Of a stretch of 64,000 bases of DNA, positions 9,281-19,071 are shown in pieces. The position numbers were made by a program, and so were the translations under genes. The number at the start of each line of letters is the position of its first letter. Within the stretch, counting starts at the first letter, position 1. Where the stretch lies: positions 82,127-146,126 of the forward strand of contig JAUZOO010000010.1 of assembly GCA_030706405.1 (NCBI GenBank). The letters run 5' to 3'. The notes beneath the pieces were generated by a model, which did not search any database, was not told the origin of the DNA, and saw nothing but the letters and a program-made list of their open reading frames with translations. This stretch comes from Bacteroidota bacterium. Lineage in GTDB: Bacteria > Bacteroidota > Bacteroidia > Bacteroidales > JAAUTT01.

Positions 9281-10303
9281 TTAAGTTGGTTTTACGGACG
9301 ATGCCCGCACTACCAACTGCGATTTCAATACTACCTGCATGGGTACCATTTTTTCACCTTGCTTGCCCTGACGTAAAAAAAGGCGGGCGGCCTCCTGACC
9401 AATCTCATAAGTAGGGTGCATTACATTGGTAAGCTGAGGATCTACAAGGGTAGCATGGAATTCGTCGGTAATTGCTACTAGTGAAATATCGTCAGGAATG
9501 CGTAATCCCTGGCGTTTGATTTCTTTCATGGCGGCAAACGAAACGGTATCGTTAACACTAAAAATTGCATCAGGAGGTTTGGGTAACGACAACAACTGAC
9601 GGGTAGCTTCGGTAGCTTCGCTTTCGGTGAGGTTGGTAAATTTAATCAGAGACTCGTCAGCGGAAAATCCGCAATCGGCCAATCCGCTGAGATAACCTTC
9701 GTAACGATCTTTGGCAATGCTCAACGTTTGTGGCCCGGCAATATGGGCAATACGTCGGGCTCCTCCGTCATAAAAATGAATGGTGAGTTCCCGTGCAATT
9801 TCGCGGTTATCGGTCACAACGCTCGATACTTCAGACGTTCGGCAAATTCTGTCGAAGAATACCAGTGGCATCTCGTTATTGATAATTTTGTCGAAATGAT
9901 TGTAGTCGACCGTATCCCTCGCAAGACATATAATTAAACCTTCCACCCTCGACATCAGGAGGTTTTCGATACATTCCTTTTCTTTTTCGTACGATTCGTT
10001 AGATGAACTGATAATGATGTAATACCCATTTTCTTTGGCCACCTGCTCAATACCACTAATAATAGATGAGTAAAAATACGTTACAAGGTCGGGAACAATA
10101 ACGCCAATGGTTTTGGTTTGCTGGCGCAAAAGTCCCATAGCCAATGGGTTAGGTGAGTAATTCCATTCGCGAGCTAAAGACTGTACTTTGGCCGTAACTT
10201 CCGGGCTGATATCGGGATGGTTTTTCAATGCCCGCGAAACTGTTGATATTGAAACCTGTAAGGCCGAAGCGATATCCTTTAAAGAAACCGGGTGTTTTGT
10301 CAT
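9281..10303 (-). CDS. LacI family transcriptional regulator
   Basis: SLKDIA...VSISTVSRAL HTH, YSPNPLA hinge, sugar-binding domain. Confidence 0.95.
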   Translation of the reverse strand: MTKHPVSLKDIASALQVSISTVSRALKNHPDISPEVTAKVQSLAREWNYSPNPLAMGLLRQQTKTIGVIVPDLVTYFYSSIISGIEQVAKENGYYIIISSSNESYEKEKECIENLLMSRVEGLIICLARDTVDYNHFDKIINNEMPLVFFDRICRTSEVSSVVTDNREIARELTIHFYDGGARRIAHIAGPQTLSIAKDRYEGYLSGLADCGFSADESLIKFTNLTESEATEATRQLLSLPKPPDAIFSVNDTVSFAAMKEIKRQGLRIPDDISLVAITDEFHATLVDPQLTNVMHPTYEIGQEAARLFLRQGKQGEKMVPMQVVLKSQLVVRASSVKPT

Positions 10304-10380
10304 TTGATTTTCAGATATTTATTACCAAATCTAAGCTAAAGATCATTTTAAAGTATGTTTTACAACATAATTTATGTTCC

Positions 10381-10404
10381 GCAAAGCTTTGCGCAAAGCT
10401 TTGC
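10381..10404. promoter_or_regulatory. Putative tandem LacI operator
   Basis: Two abutting perfect palindromes GCAAAGCTTTGC between the divergent lacI-family gene and sugar operon. Confidence 0.65.
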
Positions 10405-10540
10405 AAAAATAATACCAATTTCAGCTATTGCAATCCATGAAATCTTTTAGGAGTTTTGATGTGTTTGTGCAGCAAAATTCTGCATTTAATTTTAACAAAA
10501 ACGGCTTATAACTAAAACTTAACATCATTACTACTATATA

Positions 10541-11587
10541 ATGGAATACAAAGAAATAGGTAAAACCGGGATAAAAGTTCCTCCTATTGTTTTCGGCACA
10601 AGTGCATTAGGAAATTTATACGAAGCCCTGAGTGATGATACCAAACTTAGCATCGTGAGCGAAGCTTTTGCCCACATGCCCAAACCGGTAGTGTTTGACA
10701 GCGCTGGAAAATACGGAGCGGGACTGGCTCTTGAAATGCTGGGCAAATGTCTGCATAAATTAAATATAAGCCCTGAAGATGTTATAATCAGCAATAAACT
10801 GGGCTGGATACGGACTCCGCTAACTACTCCCGAACCCACTTTCGAACAAGGCGTTTGGATGGATCTTAAAAACGATGCTGTCCAAAATATCAGCTACGAC
10901 GGTATCATTACCTGTTGGGAACAGGGCAATGAACTGCTCGGAGGTACCTACAAACCCCAACTGGTTTCGGTTCACGACCCGGACGAGTACCTGAATACCG
11001 CCACTTTCGATGAGGAAAGGAGAATACTTTTTAGCCATATTCTCGACGCTTATAAAGCCCTTTCGGACCTGAAAGCACAGGGAAAAGTAAAAGCTGTGGG
11101 CATTGGCGCTAAAAACTGGAAAGTCATCCAACAGGTTTCGGAACATATCGATCTCGATTGGGTGATGTTCGCCAACAGCATGACTATCATGAACCATCCG
11201 GCTGATCTGCTCGAATTTATGGGCAAACTTCACAAAAAAGGCGTGAGCATCATCAACTCGGCAGTATTTCATGCAGGGTTTCTCACCGGAGGCTCATTTT
11301 TCGATTATAAGCTCATTAAGCCCGATACGGAAGAAAACAAAGCCAAATTCAGATGGAGAGACGACTTTAACGTCATTTGTAAAAAATTCGACATTAAACC
11401 GGCTACGGCATGCGTTCAGTTTGGGATGACTGCTCCCGGCGTGGTTAGCATATCGCTGAACACCTCTGCACCTAAACGGGTAAAAGACAACGTCGCATCG
11501 GTAGTTGCCGAAATTCCAAAAGGTTTTTGGGCAGAGATGATACAAAAAGGACTAATCAGCAAAGATTATCCATATCTTGGGATTTAA
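10541..11587 (+). CDS. Aldo/keto reductase (L-galactose/L-fucose 1-dehydrogenase-like)
   Basis: FGTSALGNLY, DSAGKYGAG, HDPDEY; operon context. Confidence 0.8.
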   Translation: MEYKEIGKTGIKVPPIVFGTSALGNLYEALSDDTKLSIVSEAFAHMPKPVVFDSAGKYGAGLALEMLGKCLHKLNISPEDVIISNKLGWIRTPLTTPEPTFEQGVWMDLKNDAVQNISYDGIITCWEQGNELLGGTYKPQLVSVHDPDEYLNTATFDEERRILFSHILDAYKALSDLKAQGKVKAVGIGAKNWKVIQQVSEHIDLDWVMFANSMTIMNHPADLLEFMGKLHKKGVSIINSAVFHAGFLTGGSFFDYKLIKPDTEENKAKFRWRDDFNVICKKFDIKPATACVQFGMTAPGVVSISLNTSAPKRVKDNVASVVAEIPKGFWAEMIQKGLISKDYPYLGI

Positions 11588-11624
11588 TAACAACCTAATA
11601 CGTAACATTAATAACATTTAATTC

Positions 11625-12863
11625 ATGGAAAAGCACAAACTGACGACCAAAGATTTTTTGGTCCCGTTTATTCTGATTTCTTCTTTATTTTTTTTATGGG
11701 GTATTGCCCACGGTATGCTTGATACGCTAAATAAGCATTTTCAGGATATGCTACACCTGTCGAAAGCACAGTCCGGCATGATCCAGTTTTCGGTCTATAC
11801 CGCTTATTTTTCGATAGCTTTACCTGCCGGCTATTTTATGCGTCGCTTCGGGTATAAAAAAGGTATTATTTTAGGATTATCGCTTTTTGCAAGTGGAGCA
11901 TTCTTAATTGCTGCCACGTGTTCGTTCGAATCATTTTGGTTGTTCCTTGTCTGTTTGTTTATTATGGGATGTGGACTTGCAACCCTCGAAACAGCAGCCA
12001 ACCCCTATACTACTAAACTTGGACCAAAGGAATCGGCCGAACGCCGTATTAACTTTTCTCAGTCGTTTAACGGACTAGCGTGGGTTATCGGGCCACTAAT
12101 CGGATTGTTTATTTATGGAAATCAGAGCAACGTTGCTGGAGAAAAATTAAGCTCCATGATTCTGCCTTACTGTGTTATAGGTACCGTAGTTTTGTTGGTT
12201 GCGCTTCTTTTTCTGAAGGTTAAACTTCCTGAAATTACAGAAGAGACTGAAGAATTTAACCATAATGCAGCCTCCGCTGCCGACGAAGCATTTCATCATA
12301 AACCGCTGATCAAACAACGTCATTTTGTTTTTGGAGTAATCGCACAATTCTCTTACGTTGCCGCTCAAACTGGTATTTTCAGTTACCTCATCAACTTTGT
12401 AACTGACGAAAGCCAAAATCCACATTTCGATGTAGCCAAAGGCCCCATATTCCTGTCTATCGGCTTTGCATTGTTTATGATTGGCCGTATGTCCGGAAGT
12501 TATTTCATGCGTCTTTTCCAACCCAATAAAATGTTGGCCTTATATGCCCTATTATGTTGTGTCCTGTTGCCGGTAGTAAGTGCCAACCTTGGCTGGATTT
12601 CGCTTATCTGCCTCTATTCAACCTTCTTCTTTATGTCCATTATGTTCCCGACAATCTTCGCACTTGGGATTAAAGACTTAGGCCCCAAAACAAAAAAGGC
12701 TGCATCGTTTATTGTGATGGCCATTGTTGGAGGAGCGGTTTTCCCTCCGGTAATGGGTCTCATCGCCGATAAATTTAATATGTCCATCGGATTTTTTGCT
12801 CCTATTCCGTTCTTCTTGTTTATCCTTTATTATGCCTTAAAGGGAAGTGTGATAAAAAAATAG
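11625..12863 (+). CDS. FucP-like MFS sugar:H+ symporter
   Basis: LFFLWG, LETAANPY, RINFSQSFNGL, MSIMFPTIFAL. Confidence 0.88.
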   Translation: MEKHKLTTKDFLVPFILISSLFFLWGIAHGMLDTLNKHFQDMLHLSKAQSGMIQFSVYTAYFSIALPAGYFMRRFGYKKGIILGLSLFASGAFLIAATCSFESFWLFLVCLFIMGCGLATLETAANPYTTKLGPKESAERRINFSQSFNGLAWVIGPLIGLFIYGNQSNVAGEKLSSMILPYCVIGTVVLLVALLFLKVKLPEITEETEEFNHNAASAADEAFHHKPLIKQRHFVFGVIAQFSYVAAQTGIFSYLINFVTDESQNPHFDVAKGPIFLSIGFALFMIGRMSGSYFMRLFQPNKMLALYALLCCVLLPVVSANLGWISLICLYSTFFFMSIMFPTIFALGIKDLGPKTKKAASFIVMAIVGGAVFPPVMGLIADKFNMSIGFFAPIPFFLFILYYALKGSVIKK

Positions 12864-12867
12864 AATA

Positions 12868-13242
12868 ATGGAATACCTCGAAAATACAACTTATACCTCG
12901 TTCAAGCGTTTTTGTAAGACGTTGGAACTGCGTAATAATCCGGATTTGATTGCAGCCTATAAAAAGGCTCACTCAAAAGGCCAGGTCTGGCCCGAGATTA
13001 CCCAGGGCATGCGCGAAGTGGGGATTCTCGATATGGAGATTTACCTCCTTGGAACCAGGCTTTTTATGATTATGGATACTGTTCCGGATTTCGATCACGA
13101 AAAAGCCATGGCAGAGTTGGCCACCAAGCCTCGTCAGGCCGAATGGGAAGCGCACATGGCTCAGTTTCAGGATTCTTCCGCTGAGGCTACGGCCGACGAA
13201 AAATGGCAACTCATGGAGCGTATCTTTAAATTTGGAGAATAG
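12868..13242 (+). CDS. L-rhamnose/L-fucose mutarotase family protein
   Basis: YKKAH...WPEI...GILDMEIY...W pattern. Confidence 0.88.
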   Translation: MEYLENTTYTSFKRFCKTLELRNNPDLIAAYKKAHSKGQVWPEITQGMREVGILDMEIYLLGTRLFMIMDTVPDFDHEKAMAELATKPRQAEWEAHMAQFQDSSAEATADEKWQLMERIFKFGE

Positions 13243-13252
13243 ATTATTAAAG

Positions 13253-13341
13253 TAATTAAGTGATTAAGGAATTAGGTGATTGAGATAAATCTTAATTATA
13301 TAATTACTTAATCACTTAGTTTCTTAATTATTTCATCACTT
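13253..13341. repeat. Inverted pair of octamer tandem arrays
   Basis: TAATTAAG TGATTAAG GAATTAGG TGATTGAG followed by CTTAATTA TATAATTA CTTAATCA CTTAGTTT CTTAATTA. Confidence 0.75.
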
Positions 13342-13347
13342 ATAACA

Positions 13348-14184
13348 ATGAAAATAGATAGTCACCAGCATTTCTGGATTTTTAACGAATACGACTATGG
13401 TTGGATGGGCGATAATATGCAGGTTATAAAGAAAGACCTTTTGCCTTCCGACCTAGCCATTGAATTAAATAAAATTGGGTTCGACGGTTCGGTAGCCGTA
13501 CAAGCCCGCCAGAAGTTAGAGGAAACACGGTGGCTTCTCCGACTGGCCGATCAGAATGACTTTATTAAAGGCGTAGTTGGTTGGGTCGACCTCCGTTCCC
13601 CTGATATTGATGCCCAACTGGCCGAATTTGCCGCACATCCCAAAGCCGTAGGCGTGCGCCATGTGATTCACGACGAACCCGATGACGATTTCATGCTTCG
13701 TCCCAACTTTGTGGCTGGGGTAAAGAAACTCATCAATTATAATTTAACATACGATATTCTTGTTTTTCCAAAACATCTGCCCAACACCGTCGCTTTTGTG
13801 GAACAATTTTCGGAAAATCAAATCTTTGTGATTGACCATATTGCCAAACCGCTTATCAAGGACAAAATCCTATCGCCATGGAAAGAAGATATGGAACGCC
13901 TGGCTAAGTTTCCTAATGTTTATGTAAAACTTTCGGGAATGGTTACCGAGGCCGACTGGGACAACTGGAAACCGACTGATTTTAAACCATATCTCGACAC
14001 GGTTATCGGCGCATTTGGTACCAACCGCGTGATGATTGGCTCCGACTGGCCCGTGTGCCGTGTGGCCGGCGAATATCCACAGATAATGGGCATTGTTATG
14101 GATTACATCAACAGCCTTTCTGAATCCGAAAAAAACAAAATACTGGGAGGAAATGCCATTAAGGCATACAAGTTGAAACAGTAG
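13348..14184 (+). CDS. Amidohydrolase-family sugar lactonase (L-fucono/L-galactono-1,5-lactonase-like)
   Basis: IDSHQHFW, GVVGWVDL, DHIAKP, KLSG, GSDWPVC. Confidence 0.88.
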   Translation: MKIDSHQHFWIFNEYDYGWMGDNMQVIKKDLLPSDLAIELNKIGFDGSVAVQARQKLEETRWLLRLADQNDFIKGVVGWVDLRSPDIDAQLAEFAAHPKAVGVRHVIHDEPDDDFMLRPNFVAGVKKLINYNLTYDILVFPKHLPNTVAFVEQFSENQIFVIDHIAKPLIKDKILSPWKEDMERLAKFPNVYVKLSGMVTEADWDNWKPTDFKPYLDTVIGAFGTNRVMIGSDWPVCRVAGEYPQIMGIVMDYINSLSESEKNKILGGNAIKAYKLKQ

Positions 14185-14233
14185 AGGGTACTTAGTACCA
14201 AGTATTGAGACAGAATAACCTGAGTTTTAAAAA

Positions 14234-14262
14234 AGTCCCCCTTGGGGGGATTTAGGGGGGCT
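14234..14262 (+). repeat. REP-like C-run/G-run element
   Basis: AGTCCCCCTTGGGGGGATTTAGGGGGGCT; near-identical copy at 63355-63381. Confidence 0.8.
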
Positions 14263-14302
14263 TCCCCTCTATTTAAATTCTTCATATAAATTAAAAATCA
14301 AG

Positions 14303-15322
14303 ATGAAAGCTTTTGCAATTAAAGAGAAAGGCGTAGTTGACGCCATTGAAGTTGCCGAACCTAAGATGGGTGCAGGCGATGTTCTTCTGGAAGTTTATTT
14401 TATTGGCCTGTGCGGAAGCGACCTGAACTCCTACCGTGGGCTGATGCCTTTTGTAACCCTTCCCCGTATCCCGGGTCACGAGATTAGCGGTATCATTGTT
14501 GACAAAGGGTCTGAAGTTCCGGACACCATCAAAACCGGCGATTATGCCACCGTTGAGCCATATACCAACTGTGGTGTTTGCCCTTCATGCCGTCAGGGAC
14601 GGGTTAACTGCTGTCAATTTAACCAAACCCTCGGCGTACAACGCGAAGGTGCTTTAACCCAACGCATCGCCGTTCCTTTCCAAAAAGTATTCATAAGCAA
14701 AAAACTCTCGCTGCACGAACTTGCTTTGGTTGAACCACTCAGCGTAGGTTATCACGGGGCTAATCGTGGCAACGTTAGCGAAACCGATACCGTGTTGCTG
14801 CTTGGTTGCGGAACTATCGGCATGGGTGCTTTATGTGCCACTGTTCGTAAAGGAGCTACCGTTATTGCCCTAGATATTGATGATGCCAAACTTGAAGTAG
14901 CCAAAAAGTTCGGAGCAACCTATACCATCAATTCGCTGAAGGAAGATCCCAAAGAAGCTGTGATGCGCTATACCAACAATGAAGGAGCCAGCGTAGCCAT
15001 TGAAGCTGCCGGTACGCCCATCACCTTTAATCTTGCCCTCGAACTTGTTGCTTTTGCCGGCAGGGTAGTAACCATCGGCTATTCGAAAAACGAAACTGGC
15101 ATCAAAACCCAGTTAATCGTAAGCAAAGAACTCAACATCTTCGGGTCGCGTAATGCTTTGCGCGTATTTCCATCGGTAATTAGCATGTTCGAACGCAAGG
15201 AAAAACCGTTCACCGATATGATTACCAAAGTATTTTCCTTCGATCAGACCCCCGAAGCCTTCAAATACTGGAACGAAAACCCCGGAACCGTATCCAAAAT
15301 CCTGATTGACGTTAAAAATTAG
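14303..15322 (+). CDS. Zinc-dependent MDR dehydrogenase (L-galactonate 5-dehydrogenase-like)
   Basis: CGSD, GHE, CxxCxxCx7C, GCGTIG, GSRNA. Confidence 0.85.
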   Translation: MKAFAIKEKGVVDAIEVAEPKMGAGDVLLEVYFIGLCGSDLNSYRGLMPFVTLPRIPGHEISGIIVDKGSEVPDTIKTGDYATVEPYTNCGVCPSCRQGRVNCCQFNQTLGVQREGALTQRIAVPFQKVFISKKLSLHELALVEPLSVGYHGANRGNVSETDTVLLLGCGTIGMGALCATVRKGATVIALDIDDAKLEVAKKFGATYTINSLKEDPKEAVMRYTNNEGASVAIEAAGTPITFNLALELVAFAGRVVTIGYSKNETGIKTQLIVSKELNIFGSRNALRVFPSVISMFERKEKPFTDMITKVFSFDQTPEAFKYWNENPGTVSKILIDVKN

Positions 15323-15358
15323 CCTTTTTATTACGTTTTTGTCCTAAATATCGAAGAC

Positions 15359-15412
15359 CGATTGGAATTTGCCGCGTTTCACACAACAATGGCAAATTCC
15401 AATCGTTTTTTT
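15359..15412 (+). terminator. Intrinsic terminator of the sugar operon
   Basis: CGATTGGAATTTGCC / GGCAAATTCCAATCG 15-bp stem followed by a T-run. Confidence 0.85.
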
Positions 15413-15431
15413 ATGCTTTATAGTCAAATTT

Positions 15432-15640
15432 GGCAGATTCAACATTCAAAGTGCTAAATTGAACTTTAAAACGGCGAAATGAACATTGGGAATGGCAAAA
15501 CTAACATTCAATCTGGCGAAATGAAATTTAAATTCCTTGAAATGAACGTTGGATTCGCCGAAATCAATGTTGAATTTGGCAAAATTGAATATCAGAAGAG
15601 CATTTTGGATATTGAAAGTGCCCCAGTTGACATTGATTTC
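15432..15640. repeat. Degenerate 21-bp-period tandem repeat, about 10 units
   Basis: AACATT-like core recurs at 15441, 15462, 15482, 15503, 15524, 15545, 15566, 15588, 15608, 15629. Confidence 0.7.
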
Positions 15641-15674
15641 CTTTATTTTATCTTTACCGGCACAACCCATCAAC

Positions 15675-16436
15675 ATGAACCTGTTTATTTACGATAAAAC
15701 TTTTGAAGGATTTCTTACTGCGGTGTTTGAGGCGTACGAGTTTAAACAGGTGCCGGATAAAATACTGGGACAGGAAAACCGGCAAACGTTTCTTTTTGCC
15801 GAGGTACACGAGGTAATAACTGATGAAGAGAAGGCTGCACGTGTGTGGACAGGACTGCACAAAAAGCTTTCGGATAGTGCCTGTAAAATTTTATCGGTCG
15901 ATTTTTTGTCGGAACTGCCCGATGTTGAGATGCTGCTTTTTCGATACATACAGAAAGCATTAGCGAGCAAATCCAACTATGAAAATAACTTTGGCGATGC
16001 CGATGTAATGGAGGTCATGCAACTTTTCCGCAAAGTGTCGCGCGAAGCCGAACGCGTGCGCATGTTTGTCCGCTTCCAGAAAACTGTCGATGATATTTAT
16101 TTTGCCAGCTTCGATCCCAAATACAATGTGTTACCATTAACCATTAGCCATTTCGAAGACCGTTTTGCCGACCAGCGCTGGATTATTTACGATACCCATC
16201 GCAAATACGGTTATTATTACGATTTGGAATCGGTAACCGAAATCCGCCTCGACGACAGTAAGATACATCCCGTAACAGGCAAACTCGACGAATCTGCACT
16301 CGACGTTAACGAGAAACTTTTTCAGGAGCTCTGGAAGAAGTACTTTGAAAACATCGCTATTGCAGAACGACGTAATCCAGCACTTCACCAGAAATTGCTC
16401 CCGAAACGGTTCTGGAAATACCTTCCCGAAAAATAG
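15675..16436 (+). CDS. DUF4130 / TIGR03915-type putative DNA metabolism protein
   Basis: YDKTFEGFLTAVF, REAERVRMFVRF, HFEDRFADQRWIIYD, LWKKYF...IAERRN...PKRFWKYLPEK; start reassigned to ATG 15675. Confidence 0.85.
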   Translation: MNLFIYDKTFEGFLTAVFEAYEFKQVPDKILGQENRQTFLFAEVHEVITDEEKAARVWTGLHKKLSDSACKILSVDFLSELPDVEMLLFRYIQKALASKSNYENNFGDADVMEVMQLFRKVSREAERVRMFVRFQKTVDDIYFASFDPKYNVLPLTISHFEDRFADQRWIIYDTHRKYGYYYDLESVTEIRLDDSKIHPVTGKLDESALDVNEKLFQELWKKYFENIAIAERRNPALHQKLLPKRFWKYLPEK

Positions 16437-16437
16437 C

Positions 16438-18870
16438 TTAGTTACTGCTACCTTCTCCCTGACTACTGCCGCCTCCGCCACTTTTAACATCGTCGTTTTG
16501 GATGCCCCGGCGAGCCTTCTTCACATTCAAATTCATCTTTCCAAAATTGTAGGTTACACTAAATCGTACGGTTTGCGCCAGATACGACGTCTCGTTGTGA
16601 ACATAGAACGTAGCATCTTTTGAATCGTAAGTGTATTTCTTTTTGTGCCAGAAGGGGTCGCTTGCCGAAACGCTTAGCATCATTTTACGATTTAAGAGAT
16701 ATTGAGATGCGCCTAAACTGGTATAGAAAAAGGTGGAAGATTTTCCTTGCAACATAATATTGGGCGAATACATGCCACCGTTTACATTTACAGAACCATC
16801 CTTCCAGAGTACCCATCTTAAGCCTAATGAGCCGCGATAATTGAATCCTTCGTTAGTAATGGAGTATCCGTTATTGGCTTCGAGTTTGCTATAATTTGCA
16901 CCTCCGTTAAAATAGACGTTAAACTTGACGGTAGGGCGATACGAAGTGTAAATATTCAATCCGTAGCGTTGATTCTTACCTATGTTTTTGTAAGTAGAGA
17001 AGGTTGCGCCATTAGGTTGAATTGTTGTAATCTGTTCAATGGAATTGTTTACAAAAGAAGCTGTTGATGATACCGATAAATTGAATTTGGGAGTATAAAG
17101 ATTATACCCCAGTTCGAACGCATGCGATACTTCGGACTTTAGCGAAGGGTTTCCCTGGCTGACATTCATCGAATCAACATTGTTTAAGTAAGGGTTTAAG
17201 TACCAAATGCCTGGACGTGATAGGCGCTGCGTGTATGATGCTTTAAAGGTTTGCCCCTGTTTGGGCATATACGAAATGGTAATGTAGGGAACCAGGTTGA
17301 AAAGACGGTTTTTAAAATCGGTATTACTGCCGGAAGATTTGGACACACCGTCATTCCAGGTACGTTCGAGACGTACTCCTGTTTTGGTACTTAATTTTTT
17401 CCATTTAAAAACGTAGCCGGCATAAGCTCCCAATATATATTGATCGTAATCGAGGTCATTTCCATTGGTTTGCTTTACCTCGTCGCGGTAAGTTTCGGAG
17501 TTACTGGTATTCTGGCGAAGGATAAGTTTTGCCCCGCCTTCAATCTGGTGCATCTTGGTTAGCGGGTCGTAATAATCTATCTGTAAAGTTTGTTCCCTGC
17601 CCAATGCATCATTTTTAGAACGTTGGGTATACGACTGATAATTAGTTAACCCTGTAACGACAGTCGAATTGTTGGAAGTATTGGGATTATTATCGAGCTT
17701 ATACGAAAAAGTGAGCGATTTATCTGGTTTCTTATATGTCTTTTGATAGTCGATATTTCCTGAAAGCGAGCCATAGCTGTTTTTACCATTGCGGGTATTA
17801 AAATAACTACGACTTACAACATGGTTAAGGTTTTGATATTCGTTGCTGTTCCATCCTTCATTTTTACTGGAACCTGTATATCCCCAGAATGACATACTGA
17901 TGAGGTTTAGCGAGTCAATATCATAGCTGGCCTCTCCCGAAAAGCTGAATGAGTTTCCTTTGTAAGTTGTTTTCCCGGAATTGGTTAAAAAGTGATAATC
18001 GGTATTATTAAAATATTCACCGCTTCCGGCACTTTCTGCCCCCGGTTGTTTATACTGGTTACCAAAAATACGGGTAGAGAAACTGAATTTGTCAATTTTG
18101 GTTGCCAGATAAGTACTCCCGTTGAAACTTCCGCGCGAATCCATTCCGGCGCTTAAACTTCCGTTATATCCGCTCATCGTTTTTTTGAGGGTAATAATAT
18201 TGATGATTCCGCCAACACCTTCGGCATCATATTTTGAAGACGGGTTGGTTATCACCTCAATATCTTTAATGGTATTGGCCGGGAAGCTTTTTAACACATC
18301 CTTAAGGTTTTTAGACATCATGGACGAACTTTTGCCGTTTACCAATACTTTAAAGTTCGATTGACCATTTAGTGTTATGTTTTCCTCGGCATCCACCGTA
18401 ATGAGTGGAACTTTCCGGAGCATTTCCAAAGCATTGTTCGTCTGCGCCTCAGGGTCGGTCTCCATGCTGTAAACAATCTTGTCTACATCAACTCTTACCA
18501 ATGGTTTCTGTGCAGTTACGGTAACTTCTTTTATTTCAATACCTTCTTCCAAGGTAAGTTTCCCCAGATCGGTATTAGCGTCGGTAACTTTTACAGGCAT
18601 AGTTACCGCTTTATAACCAATAGCAGAAAGCGACAAGTTGTATTTACGGGGAGCCTTAAGATTAAGGGCAAAACGGCCTGACCCGTCGGTAGCCTGAACT
18701 TTTCGTTCTTTAGTGCTGTCGTTGCGTAATGTAACTGTAACGTAGGGAACTCCTTTGCCCGTAAGCTTTTCAACAATCTGGCCACTAACTTTGTAATTAA
18801 TGAACTTGCTTTGCGCTAATAACGAAAATGAAATGGCAAAGCTTAGCAATAACGTTAATGAAAATTTCAT
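16438..18870 (-). CDS. TonB-dependent receptor-like outer membrane beta-barrel protein
   Basis: Signal peptide, carboxypeptidase-regulatory-like domain, plug (IEVITNPSSKYDAEG-GGIINI), GNPSLKSE, YNFG. Confidence 0.9.
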   Translation of the reverse strand: MKFSLTLLLSFAISFSLLAQSKFINYKVSGQIVEKLTGKGVPYVTVTLRNDSTKERKVQATDGSGRFALNLKAPRKYNLSLSAIGYKAVTMPVKVTDANTDLGKLTLEEGIEIKEVTVTAQKPLVRVDVDKIVYSMETDPEAQTNNALEMLRKVPLITVDAEENITLNGQSNFKVLVNGKSSSMMSKNLKDVLKSFPANTIKDIEVITNPSSKYDAEGVGGIINIITLKKTMSGYNGSLSAGMDSRGSFNGSTYLATKIDKFSFSTRIFGNQYKQPGAESAGSGEYFNNTDYHFLTNSGKTTYKGNSFSFSGEASYDIDSLNLISMSFWGYTGSSKNEGWNSNEYQNLNHVVSRSYFNTRNGKNSYGSLSGNIDYQKTYKKPDKSLTFSYKLDNNPNTSNNSTVVTGLTNYQSYTQRSKNDALGREQTLQIDYYDPLTKMHQIEGGAKLILRQNTSNSETYRDEVKQTNGNDLDYDQYILGAYAGYVFKWKKLSTKTGVRLERTWNDGVSKSSGSNTDFKNRLFNLVPYITISYMPKQGQTFKASYTQRLSRPGIWYLNPYLNNVDSMNVSQGNPSLKSEVSHAFELGYNLYTPKFNLSVSSTASFVNNSIEQITTIQPNGATFSTYKNIGKNQRYGLNIYTSYRPTVKFNVYFNGGANYSKLEANNGYSITNEGFNYRGSLGLRWVLWKDGSVNVNGGMYSPNIMLQGKSSTFFYTSLGASQYLLNRKMMLSVSASDPFWHKKKYTYDSKDATFYVHNETSYLAQTVRFSVTYNFGKMNLNVKKARRGIQNDDVKSGGGGSSQGEGSSN

Positions 18871-19029
18871 AATGTAAATTAAGGTTGAGTTTGTTTATTT
18901 ATAGGTTATTAAGAATTAATTTATGATTTTTATCGTGTACTTTATAGATAGCGTTTGTTGTTTAATTGCATTCAAATATATCTAAACATAGTATAATGTC
19001 AAAGTAAGCGGCACAAAATCAATAATAAT

Positions 19030-19064
19030 TTAAGGTCGTAAATTAATCTAATTTACGACCTTAA
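19030..19064. terminator. Hairpin ending the GntR/ABC operon
   Basis: Perfect 16-bp stem TTAAGGTCGTAAATTA / TAATTTACGACCTTAA. Confidence 0.75.
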
Positions 19065-19071
19065 CTATCGT

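Noticed and set aside
15446-15697. Short ORFs on both strands and the 15549 extended start of DUF4130
   Set aside because: By-products of the 21-bp repeat; family similarity begins at ATG 15675.
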